Below are positions 50,126 through 61,954 of a DNA stretch of 64,000 nucleotides, piece after piece. The DNA comes from Malacoraja senta (lineage: Eukaryota). The notes under the pieces were generated by a model that was not told the DNA's origin, made no database searches, and saw only the letters and a program-made list of their open reading frames with translations. The translations under genes and the position numbers were made by a program. Position 1 is the stretch's first letter, and every line of letters starts with the position of its first letter. The stretch spans positions 103,912,001 through 103,976,000 of the forward strand of contig CM075978.1 of assembly GCA_038087875.1 (NCBI GenBank), read 5' to 3'.

Positions 50126-53100
50126 GAGGTCATCTCTAACGATGAGGAATGTCCTGAGAAAAAGAAGAACAATGTCAGACTTTAGTAACCTGTTATGTTA
50201 AGGAACAAGAGAGATTGAGATGGTTCGAGCAGATTTTTTTTTTTTAAGTTCAAAATTCTGAGTGCTTCTGAGTAGATAAGAATAACTTTTTCCATTCTCA
50301 AAGACATAAATTTAACATTTTTTCCTTCAGAATGGAAGGAACATAAGGAAAAAAAACTATCATCTGATTTACATTGCATTAAAGAGCAGTGGTAGCAGAT
50401 TCAACAGGAACAGGAATTACTTATAGAACTAAGAGAAAAGAGTGTCAGAGTGGGCCTCACTGCAACGTTTTCAAAAGAGTCAGCTTTGAAACATTGGGTC
50501 AAATAACCTTCTATCTCTGTTCCAGGCACTGCTATAAGAAACCTAGGAAAAAAGTGTTAACTATTCCAATTCATTGTTTTCATCTCAAATTTTTGCCTGT
50601 GGTTCTCTAAGTTCCATGCGCCTGCAGGAAAGAAAACATGATCAAATACTCCAATTCTGTAATTCAGCAGTGATCACTAATTCATGCTGTGAAAAGTGCC
50701 ACTTTGTGGTATAATGTCAGTTGACCATTTGCCACAATTGATGAGGTAGAGAGAAAGAAAGTGAGAAAGGAAACACCAACGGAAGAGAATCTTTCAGAAA
50801 AGTCACAACTGGAAAGCCACTTTTGAAACTCCAATTAAGGTTTCTATGAAATACTCATGGAATACAGAAAGTGATATCCATTTCAAAATTATTAAATAAG
50901 TAAATTATGGAAAAATTGAACAGATCAGGCAACATCTGTGGAGAGAAAAAAACAATGTTAACATTTAAGATTAACCTTTCATCAGAACCAGGAAAAGTTA
51001 AAACAAATTTGCTTTTTTTGCAAAGTAAGAAGAGGCATGGAGAGGGCAAAGGGAATTACCATGACTGAGCAATGACAAAGAGAGATTGAATAATGCAAAC
51101 AGTCTGGTGCTAGTTGATAGAAAGTGGTGAAGCCTTTAATACCAGTCTGGAACAGATGTAATTAGAAGGAGATGAATGACAAAGGGGGTTGATGGTACAA
51201 AACACTTTTTAGAGCTGGTCAGATCTGATATAAACTGGAAGTTCTGGTATCTAAAATTGCTGATTTCAATATTGAGTCCTGAGAGGTGTAATATGCCTAA
51301 TTGTGCCTAATAAGGTGATGTTCCTTAAGCTTATGTTATCTGCCCCTCATTACTGTATGTCATAGATCTCTATCCCTCCTATCTAAATAACTGCTTATTT
51401 TCACCAGGACTGTAACTGGTCTTTCTTGAAGCAAAAAAACTGTTAACATTGCTTGCAACAATTCACCTCAAAGTGAAAACTACTTTCACCATCTACAGTA
51501 TATGCAAAGATAACTAACAACTTTTGACTGCTACAAAAGAGAATCCTAGAATTTTACATAATATTCGTAGCACTCTATTTTCATTTAAGCACTTTCTGTC
51601 CACTGGATTACTTACATTATTATCCCTGTTTTGCAATTTTGTTATTCATACATAAAAAATATATACTAATATGAGCAACACTGCCCCTCATCTGTTAAAC
51701 CCACAATTGTTATCCTTCTCCCTTCTCAATGCTGTTCCCATTAGCCTTTCAACCCCATGCCCATAGGCTTTACAAATCCTTTGATTCACTTGGTCCTAGA
51801 AATCTATTTAATCGTCTTTAATGTATTCATAACTGAGCTTCCACAGTCTTTTGGGGAGTTTCAAAGAATCACAACTAAACGAGAATTCTCCGATTATTTT
51901 CTGTTGCTCTTGATTTTCTAGTAATGGACTCTATCCATCAAAACCTCACATTAAATTCACACGTTTTAATGAGATTATCTCCCATTCTTCAATAGTTTAG
52001 AAAATATAGGGTAGACTAAAATTATTCTTAATATTTACTTTTGTTATGCTGGGAAATTAAATAGGCTGGCCTTGTTCGCCTTGGAAGGAAGGTGGCTGAG
52101 GGGTGATTTGATAGGAATAGAAAAGATCATAGCTTTCACTCAGGCACTGCTACATTCCCCCCAATTTAAAGTGTCCTCTTCCTCCACTGACACCACGAGT
52201 GCAGTATTTTCCAACCTCACGAAGCCCATGCATGCAGAGCTTCACCTCACCTAAAAGCCCCGTACATTCAAAATGTTCCCACTATAAAATCTATGCAAAT
52301 ATAACTTTTCTACCCCTATTTCCAGGACTTCCTTTCCTTCAACACTTCAAAATATGCAGTCCTTTCCCTTTCTCATTATCCTATCTCCAATTTAAACTCC
52401 AATTTATTTCATAATTGGTTTTAGAAATAACATTCTCTTCATCTCAGTCCTAATCGCCAGTCCCACAAACTTTCCTTCAACTGTTCAGGGATTTCCCTTC
52501 CCTGGTAATCTGTGTTCAGGACTTTCATTTCTCTGATTTCTATGATCCCCTTCCCTCCACCACACAAAAATGTGATATACTTGGTCAAACTATCTGAGCT
52601 GAAATCGATCTAATCATCAAAGAAAGCTATGTCCAGTGAACAAAAGTATTAATATTTTTAGAGCTTTATTATTGCAGATAAATCCATAAACTGATGATAA
52701 AATATATTGTCCCTACAACTGTAGCCATTGTTTATTTTAAAAGTACTATAGAGTTGAATTTACAGTCTAATTTAATAAAAATGATTAAATGAAAAGTAAT
52801 TAAAATCTTCACAAGAAACATAAACAGATCGTGAGAACAAATTAACTTTATAACATGCTGAAACATACTAAAATCTAACTAAGTTGGGGTTGTTTTAACT
52901 TACTACCAATAACAAAAAAATAAAACTAAATAAATGTTGTTAAATACAAAAAAAACATCATTAAAAGAGACTTTAATTTTCTCAGTGCAATAGTTTTACT
53001 GTGTTTGAGATACAACCAAATCGGTGTAGATTAAAAGGCCTCCTGGAATTAACACCAACTAGGGCACAGAGAAAATTAACCCTCTTCCCAGATATGTTAA

Positions 53101-53278
53101 TGGTCTAAATATTGTGATGTAACATGTTTGATTTTTGTACTGAATAATTAAAAGAAATTAGAAAAAATCTTGTTTATTCTCCACTGCAATAAAAGAGAAA
53201 ACTATATATACATATATATATATATATACATATCTAGTTATTTTTCCCAAAACTAACATCATTCTTAACCTATTTCAG

Positions 53279-53289
53279 GTTCCGGATAA
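53279..53289 (+). CDS. COL12A1: Terminal exon, short NC1 variant ((S)SG-stop)
   Basis: Branch point actaac near 53252, tatttcag acceptor, gt tcc gga taa; matches the recalled mammalian ...YPGSG* end. Confidence 0.9.
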
Positions 53290-55066
53290 ATTTTACTAGA
53301 TACCTATGATGCTTACAAAAAACCGAAAAGTCCTGTTTCTGAAATATTTGTTCCCGATCTTAATAAGAAATGAGCCTTTTTGGAAAATTCACCAGGAGTT
53401 GATTTAACGAACTCTGTTGACCATCAGTTCTTCATAAGGAGAGAAAATCACACCTACTAAACTAAGAGAATTTGCAATTTCTATATATGAAACAGACGTC
53501 AGAGATGCCTGTCCTAGTAAGACTGTTGCATCGTGAAGCAAAAAAAATCTCACACACGAACAAAGCTTAAAATTACAACTAACCCCACGGAGGTTGTATT
53601 ATTTTGCAAACCACAACAAACAAAAAACATAGATTTTTAGCTTGGAATGTTCAAATTATTTTGTCGTATTGTTTCTGTAAATAACTAATTGTGGCATTTC
53701 AATGGTTCAATCTAAATCACAACCCACACCAGATGTAATATCTATTAAATCAGCTTCTATATTCAGGCCTGCTATTTGCTATTTGCTTTAGAAAGTAACC
53801 ATTCTTGCATTAAAGTATCCCCCTAAAAACTGGTACAACAATACTGAAATAAATCAAAAGAATCATAGAAGCATGGAGAGGTGTGAAATTTGTCTCTGGT
53901 AATCTACAGTGAACAATCGTAAATTGGATATATGTTCTACAGGCCAGATAACACCTTACAAAGTGGAAACGAAAATTAGATTGAAAGTTAAATGGGCTAC
54001 TGATTCACTAATGCCATTTTTTGCTACCAAAAACAAAACATTTTTCATCAAAATCTTTCTCTAAGTGGGTGATAGACATACGGGCACGAAGAAATGCAGG
54101 TTAAGCGGGAGTGAGGTCAAAATAACTTACTTCAGACTTCATGAAGGCAGAGCATATATATATTTTAAATGTTTTTGGTTTAACTAGAAAAATGGTTGCA
54201 CAACAATAAGAAACAAACAATATGGCTTTGCTATTGTAGTATTATCAGTTGCATAGATGGTGATAATCTAGGAACGATACCACAATTTCTAAGTCTGAAT
54301 TTGTTTGTTCCTGTTCTTCTAGTAAGGAGCCACACACAGCCAAACATGAGTAAGAGTATCGGTAATTCCTCTGATTCATACTCCAAACAAACTAAATTCC
54401 CCCATGATAACATAGGATTTGGGAATTAGAGCCTCAAATATATGAGCAATGCATCCACCACTGTTCTTACTTATTTCCCCTTTTTCTTCCACGACTACCT
54501 TGTATTTCTGTCTGCTATTTTCCCTTAATTGTCCTATTTAAAACTGCAATTGCCTTCATATTATTAAATTGTATTTAGTGGGTATTTGTTAACAGCCTTG
54601 GGCAGTTCAAATCAGAACATTCAGTATGAGTATTAATTATGCTCAGACCTACATAGAATTTTGAACAAAACATTTGTCCTTTATTGGGCATCCCTTTATG
54701 TATGTTGCATCGCATGATTTAAGCTGCCCTACAATTCCAAATGTGATGATGGTTATGCTTCATGTTCAATTACTGTTCTGGTTTATTTTTAAAAATTCCT
54801 TTGTTCAAGAAAAAGGTGTTTTAACCAATTCTTACTGATGAGTTAAAAAGAAGCAATTCTATTGTTCCCCAGTGCTTTGTTAGAAAATAGTATAACTGTG
54901 CAAAAGACTAATTTTCAGGTGAATGTAAATCAAAATATGCATATAAATGTATACATATATAGATATTATATATAAATGAATATGTTGTAATATTTTGTGT
55001 CCAACATGTGTACATGTCTACACATGAGGACTGGTAGGCTGACAATTATAGTGTTTGATATATGAG

Positions 55067-55212
55067 ACCCATATTTCCAACCAGGACATTACGAGCAACA
55101 ACCCTACCGTCCAGAAACCCGTGTTGTTCCCATAGAAAGGAAAGAGGATGAAGAAATCGACCAAATTGAATCTGAAATTCAGTCGTCTGGATTTAGTCAA
55201 GTGCAATCATGA
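55067..55212 (+). CDS. COL12A1: Alternative terminal coding segment, long acidic NC1: (N)PYFQPGHYEQQPYRPETRVVPIERKEDEEIDQIESEIQSSGFSQVQS*
   Basis: Phase-1 compatible with the 47346 donor; resembles the recalled long NC1 of tetrapods (EPY..PY.PE...VP.E...acidic); ctgac branch-like motif near 55039; weak GAG acceptor. Confidence 0.75.
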
Positions 55213-56446
55213 GGAATGTCCATCATTGTTCCAATAAATGGGGGAGGGCATGAAGATGCGTTGAATCCAGTTGAATTTCAGTCTGTGCCTTATTGCCACA
55301 TTCATATCTGCAGAAGCTTCTATATTTTGGATTATTTAGTTTTGAATGACCAGCTAGAAAATATTCATGATCTGAATTGTAACTTTTCGGTTTTAGATTT
55401 ATATCTTGCATAAATTCATTTCACAATAAGTGAAAAATTCTCCCAACTTGACTTGAGTGAAAATAGATACATTTCCGTTACTGAAACATTGTTACATGCA
55501 AAATCTGGAAGAGTTCCTAATATCCACACAATTTCCACTGCACAATATGCATTAAAGCTTTCTGTAGAAACGATTTGGTTAAAAACAATGGCAAGCTATC
55601 TTTCAATGTTGTAACCAGAGCAATCAGGTTAGCCTTTTCTTTCCTCGTTGTCAACATTTGAAAAATGGCATTTCTGTACAGCAAATATCCTCTTTGTACT
55701 CACGCCTGTTACTTTCCTCCTATTTGTGTTTATGCTTCTACTTTGTAACATCCCTTTGCTGTTATTCAGATGCATTGATTGGTTTTAACTGCATCCCTAT
55801 TAATTTTAATTACATCACAGAATTACATGACAAAACACTAAAAAAAGGTTTACAATATTTTTGAAATATCCCTTTCCAATTACAAATGTCACCAATATGC
55901 CTGCATTCACAATGGTTACTCTGAGCCTTTACCCAATGTTAGCACTCCAGATGATGTTAAAACAATAGCAACAATTAATCAAAGACCTGCTTGTCAATAC
56001 ATTCCATTTATTATATAGTCTACCTGTATTTTAAGTTATAAGCTTATAGGAATATTTTACTTTATCTTACAAGTGTATCAGCTGGTTACATCAAAAAATT
56101 AAGTGCAACACACTCTTAAAAAGAATACTGCTTAGATTCAATGTACCTACCAGACACAGTACTTAACACTGCTTAGAACTATTTTTTACATTAAGACTTT
56201 AATACTTTAAATGTAAATGTGCTGGTTCTCAGCAGAATTGTTACATAAAATGATGGAAAAGCATGTCTGTGATGTATATTTAGTATGGAACTTTTACCAG
56301 AATATAGTGTTTTCGGAAACATGAATGCAGTTGGAATCTTTGCAAGCCTATGGATATAGAATTGCTGCTTCATATTTGTAACTGCCCATTGTGAATTTCA
56401 CAGCCTAAATTTCCTATTTATTTCTGAAACAAAAGAGGCATTTTTC

Positions 56447-56452
56447 AATAAA
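56447..56452 (+). terminator. Probable main polyadenylation signal AATAAA (ATTAAA follows near 56462)
   Basis: Followed by a T-rich downstream tract, after which transposon-derived sequence resumes. Confidence 0.65.
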
Positions 56453-56864
56453 ACTACTGAAATTAAACTGCTCTCTATTTTTATTTTAACATTATTTTGT
56501 TTAACAGTTAATAACAACAAACCGAGGCTAAAGAAGTGTTTGGAAAAGTACAGATGGTTCTCAGAGATGCAAAGCTTAACAAGAGATTAAGAGGAGATAT
56601 TCAAAGTTACAAAATTATGAGTGGATGTGATAGGAATGGCGATACTGTTTATGATGGCCAAAAAATATATTTTTTGGAAAAAGTGAGTTGTAATGTTCTT
56701 GAATGCCCTGCATTCTATTTATTCTTGTCCAATTAGTCCTAATCGCTTCTCCCTGTCTAGCAATTAACTTTCAATCATGATAGAATATTACCTTCTATTT
56801 CATATGGTTTAATTTTACACACAGGGTCATCAGTGATGATGCTGGGTCACCAATAATTTTGTAT

Positions 56865-57087
56865 GTCATAGGAGTAGAATTTTGTATGTCATTCGGCCTA
56901 TCAAGTCTACTCCACCATTCAATCATGGTAGGTTTGATCTTTCCCTCTCAACACCATTCTCCTGCCTTCTCCCCATAACCATTTACACCCTAATCAATAC
57001 CTGTCAATCTTCACTTGAGAAATACTCAAAGACTTGGCCTCCACAGCCATCTGTGGCAATGAATTCCACAGGTTCACCACCCTGACT
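56865..57087 (-). mobile_element. CR1 3' fragment
   Basis: cataggagtagaatt...ccattcaatcatgg...gaattccacaggttcaccaccct. Confidence 0.85.
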
Positions 57088-57333
57088 GCACCATCACTCA
57101 CAGTAGGGTGCAGTCACGTAAGATTAAACGAGGACTTACCAGTTTGAAGTTTGATCTTTATTTTATGAGGAGTTACGATGAGGGATTACGTGAAGAAGAC
57201 CCATCCAGCCGCATGCGTGTCAATCTTCAAAGCAGCGGTGTGAAATCACAGGTAATAGTAATTGAAGTATAATAGTAAGATTAGAGAAGACTAGAACTAC
57301 CAGATGACCTTTATGAGCATTGGGAGCGGAGGG

Positions 57334-57446
57334 CATGTAATCCCTCATCGTAACTCCTCATAAAATAAAGATCAAACTTTAAACTGGTAAGTTCTCGTTT
57401 AATCTTTCTATTTTACTTCGGAGTCACGTGAGTGACTACGTGAAGA
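57334..57446 (-). repeat. DIRS internal complementary region (ICR)
   Basis: 57334-57406 is the near-perfect reverse complement of 57120-57192; 57410-57446 is the reverse complement of 61834-61870 (1 mismatch). Confidence 0.95.
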
Positions 57447-57611
57447 TTTCTAAGCTCTGTGATTTCATGCCGCAGATTCAAATCCAGGCATCTCACTGCA
57501 TCGATTGACTCAGAATAATCAATAATGCATCAAACCATAACATTGCTTTAAAAGCATTAACGGTTTACTTTGTATAGAAACAATAGCAACCCCTTCTATC
57601 CCAGGGGAGAA

Positions 57612-58593
57612 CTATAAAACTGAACTCAAAACAGAATGGGCAAATACCCCCGGTTTGGCAATTGGTTTATGATAAAACTTTTGGAACATCAATTCACTGG
57701 ACCATCCTGCAGCCGCGAGAATATGGTCTATAGGGACGTCCATTGTCCTGGCCGCTGACGTTGATGCCGCCCTAGTGGAATGAGATTTAAATTTGTCAGT
57801 GTCAATCCCAGCATAAACCAAAACCTGCTTTAGTCACCTTGAAATAGTCTGAACTGACACCTTTCTATGCGGTTTTTTGTGGCTAATAAACAATGCTGAT
57901 TCCGCACCTCTTAGGGTTCTGGTAGCCTCAATGTAATATAACAAACATGACACTACACACAGGCGGGAATCCGTAGGGTATGCCGAAAAGGTAATCTTAC
58001 ACCCTGTCGCCCCTAGTCTACTCTGCTTGAGCAAATCATAGATGTAAAAAGTGACTGCATCTGCTGATACCTCCATCCTGTCTAGTTGCAGCTTCTGTAA
58101 TGTCTGCACACGTTGGGCTGAAACCAACACCATAAGCATGACTACCTTCATGGTGACTTTGGCCAAAGACAGGGCTGTGACAGGAGTCCACTGACGAAGG
58201 AGCATAAGAACTTGGCTTACATTCCAGATTACCGAATACCTGGGCCTGGGAGGATTGGAATTAAAAATGCCCTTCATAAATCTAGAAACTAGAGGGTGTG
58301 TCCCCACAGAATATAGTTCTGATCCCATGGATAAGTATGAAGACAGAGCACTTCTGGTGGTATTGATCGCACTATAGCTTAACATGATCGAAATAGAGCA
58401 TTGACAAGAATTCCAGCATGTCTGGGATGCCTGCAGTTTGATATGAAATATTCTGCCATAAGCAGAACACCTCCCACTTTCTTATCGAAGAGATGTACTG
58501 TTTTTGGGTACTATCCCTCCAGGCCACAGTGATAACATCCACGGTGCGATCGGTTAGTCCTCTCCCCAGGTATGGCCATTTTAGAATCTGCAA
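57612..58593 (-). pseudogene. DIRS tyrosine recombinase, disrupted
   Basis: STQKQY..W..FC N-terminal domain, catalytic-like R (AQRVQTL), HSTR, AGW and FQKFY; frameshift near 58380 and stop at 57834-57836. Confidence 0.93.
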
Positions 58594-58985
58594 ATTAATA
58601 GATCAATACGATCATGTAAAGGATGTTGATCACCAGTTAAGTTTCTATGTTTGAGAACAATCATATGAGGCTGTGTAGTCATCTGTAAAATGAGAGGGAA
58701 CCATGGCTGAGTAGGCCAGTCGGGTACCACCAATACTCCTGAGGCAGAGTCCTGCTTGATTTTTTGCAGACACCGACTGATGAGGCAGAATGGAGGAAAT
58801 GCATATAAAAACATTCCCCCCCAATGCAGCGAGAATGCATCTACTGCTGCTGCCCCAGGATCTGGTTCCCATGAAACATATTTAGGCAACTGGTGGTTTA
58901 GTCTGGATGCAAACAAATCGATATCTGGCATCCCAAACCGAGCAACAACATCTTTAAATATGTCATGTCTCAACATCCATTCTGT
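58581..58985 (-). pseudogene. DIRS DNA N6-adenine methyltransferase-like (MT) domain fused after RNase H
   Basis: DIDLFASRLNHQL, AVDAFSLHW, YAFPPF and LVVPDWPTQPWFP; frame open. Confidence 0.85.
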
Positions 58986-60445
58986 ATTGTCATTGAATTG
59001 GCATGACCTAGTGTCTGCCACTATGTTGAATCTACCTGGTAAGTAGATTGCTGAAAGCCAAATGTCTCTGGTAATACACCAGCTCCAGATCTGATTAGCC
59101 AATCTATCACAAGATTCCGACCTGACTCTACCCATATGATTAACATATGCCACTGCTGTAGTGTTGTCAATTTGAACCTGCACATGCAAGTGACTCTTGG
59201 TAGGGCAATAAGCTTTAAGCTCATAAACGTTCCCAAAAGCTCTAAATAATTGATCCATCGTAATTGCAGAAGAGATGCCTCTTGCCTATTCCATCTGCCT
59301 CCACAGCTGGAAAAAGTATCAGTAGCACCCCAACCTAGAGCACTAACATCAGTCTGTAAAACTATGGAAGGTGGTTCAACCAAAATATTCCTGGAACTAC
59401 TTGAGACATTCATGATCCACCATTGTATTTCCGCAATGGCTTCAGCTGGTAATTTCATGGACTGGTCAAAATGACCTGAATGTGTCCTCAGTGCCTGTTC
59501 TTTTGCTCGTTGTAATTGTTGATAATGCAGAGGCCCAAACTGCACAGCTGGAAAAGCAGCCACTAATTTACCAATCAAGCTGGCCACCTGTCTGATTGAA
59601 GGTCGTTGTTCAGCAATGAGCTTGATACCAACTTTAATTAACTGCCGCCTTTTATCCCTGGGCAGAGTCACCAACATGTGATCTGAGTTAATAGTGAAGC
59701 CCAAGTAATCAATAACTTTGACTGATGTTAATTTGGATTTAGCTGGATGAATGATGAACCCCAATTTCTCAAAAGTGAGTTTAACAACTGAAACGGATGA
59801 TTCAGCTGCATCCCGAGTCTTTCCTACAATTAAGATATCGTCCAAATAGGCCATTACGATATGACCCTGAGCTCGTAGTAGCCCCAGAACTGGTTTTTAA
59901 CAATTTAGTAAACAACCTAGGAGCTGAGATTAATTCATTAGGCAGTGCTTTGAATTGCCATAATTGACTCCAGCTAATCTTCAAATATCTCCTATCATCA
60001 CAATGAACAGACACTGAGTAATATGCATCTTTAAGATCTATGCTTGCCATATAACACCCTTTGGAAATCAGCTGTTTAGCAGTAGGAAAAGTTTCCATTT
60101 TGAAATGTCTATACTGTACTAAAGGATTAAGGCTCGTCAGGTCCAGGATGATTCTACATCCTCCATCCTTTTTAGACCTAGGAAATATATTTCACACAAA
60201 CTGGTGGGGTTGACGAACCGACTTCTCAATCACCCCTTTATTGCATAATTCCTCAAGTTCTGCCTGTATCTGCATATTCTCTTCGTATGAGAAAATGATT
60301 GTCCGGATTGTCCATGCTGAGTGGATGGACACAAATTAGGATAGAATTCAATTCGAAACCCATCTATACTGCACAGCACAAACGGATCTGATGTTATCTC
60401 CTGCCAATCTTTTAGAAACAAGTGTAACCTACCCCCAACTTGTAA
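58985..60445 (-). pseudogene. DIRS reverse transcriptase and RNase H, frameshifted
   Basis: VGGRLHLF, KKDGGCRIILDL, IDLKDAYY, SAPRLFTK, AYLDDIL, YLGFTI; RNase H motifs LQTDVS..GWG, INYLEL, IDNTTAVAY, NIVAD. Confidence 0.95.
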
Positions 60446-61673
60446 ATATTTCCCACTTAACCTGTTTCTATCAGAAGCAAAACCACCTACCTGCACGGTT
60501 ATCGGTGGAACTTGTTGCCCCCGGTTCCTCATGGGAAAATTCATGTTTGCCCGTGTGCCTGTAGCAGGGCGCCAGCTGGGCATATTTGGGAATGAACGGC
60601 TTGTTCCTTCACCAGCCCCGGTCATTGCACCCCGTCGGTAGGGGAACTGCCTCCGAACCATTTTGCTGTCCATCGGCGCTTTGATTAACCCCACTGTCTT
60701 TGCCTCATCATCGAGCTCTTTTACTTGCTTTGCGAGGTCCTCCCCAAACAGCAGATTTGACAATTGAACATTGCTGGGCTTGCACAGCGCTGCAAATTTA
60801 GGGTGAATAGTAGGGCGTATGGCACTTTTTCTCAAACAGTTCACTTCAAAATGTGCACTGCACAGAAGACCTAAAGCATCCTGTTGTGCTTCAGACAGGT
60901 GCCCCTCATCCACCGTTCTGGCGAACGCAGTAATGCCTGCAGCAAGCAACTTCAGCACCCGCTGGAGTTTTAATTCTTGTGCCCGAACACCAACTCCCAT
61001 TTGGCCCCATATTACATGGTTAACCACCGGTACTTTCAGTATGCCACAATTCACCGGGGTTTCATACCTCTTTGCGGTATCATCCATTGTCAGCTCTTGG
61101 AGCTGATGGGAGAGTAAATAGTTAATTGTTGTGGCCAACTCCTCACCCAAAGGCTCCCCTGATTCTCTGGGGATAGCAAATTTTGCTGCCAAATTTGGTA
61201 TTCCAATTTCATGCCCTTCACCCCTTGGGCTCTGCTCACCCATTGATTCGGCGTCAGTGTAAACCTGACCCATCAAACTCTCCTCCATGAGGGAGCGACT
61301 GAGCAGCCCTATTCCAGGCGCTGCTGGCACAGGCTCTCCAACAGCCCGGCGTGGACACCACTCCTCCTCCCGGAGTGTATCCTTTCCGAACATCCTCTCC
61401 ATCAGGAGCTCGATTTGAGATAACCGTGTAAGAATGGTCTCCCTTTCCTGAGGTGAATCCTCCTGGCCCGACTCAGAGTCAATGGGCCTAGCAGACTTAG
61501 AAGTAGCCTTACGCCCCAACGGTGCGGCGATGGTGCTCACAGGCAACGTGTCTGCAGTCGCTAGCCCCCCTGCTAACGACGGTACAGGTGAACTAGGCGG
61601 GCACCCGCTACCCGCACTCTTCCAAGCTTTTAGCAGCGGGTCACCTCGCCTTCACCTTAGAAGCTTTTTGCAT
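60445..61673 (-). pseudogene. DIRS ORF1 (gag-like)
   Basis: Long ORF (60230-61546) with P.NC..L.VP.VN..IW and LLFGEDLAKQVKEL motifs typical of DIRS ORF1; probable original ATG at 61673 followed by an early stop. Confidence 0.85.
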
Positions 61674-61954
61674 GTTGAACTCGCCCTGAAAAACAAGCGT
61701 TTCCACCAGAAAGCAACCTCCAACTAAGTTGAGCACTTACCACGAGGTTTTAAACTTACCCGCTGGAGGAGCGCTGCTACTCCAACCAGTCGCTGCGCCA
61801 CGCGTCTGACGCGCATACGGCTGGACGGGGTCTTCTTCACGTAGTCACTCACGTGACTCCAAAGTAAAATTTATTTATATGAAGGGCAATAGTGATGAGA
61901 AAGTCCAGGATTGAGTGGGGGTACAGTCCCTCCATCATCAGTGTGCATATGAGG

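Larger units (their letters stand above)
53290..56470 (+). other. COL12A1: COL12A1 3' UTR (short isoform)
   Basis: Repeat-free AT-rich 3.2 kb between the stop codon and the AATAAA at 56447. Confidence 0.7.
57120..61870 (-). mobile_element. Full-length but decayed DIRS1-type tyrosine-recombinase retrotransposon
   Basis: gag-RT-RNase H-MT-YR domain order; ITRs at 57187-57222 and 61807-61843; ICR at 57334-57446 complementary to both termini. Confidence 0.96.

Noticed and set aside
15212-55212. Assignment to COL14A1 or COL20A1
   Set aside because: ASQNMMRA, NQIPN, GESRTG, YCDSS.CA.IPYNG and the SG* terminal exon fit collagen XII
57612-58985. Phage integrase plus Dam methylase as prophage or bacterial contamination
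   Set aside because: They are contiguous with RT/RNase H inside ITR/ICR termini, which is standard DIRS organisation
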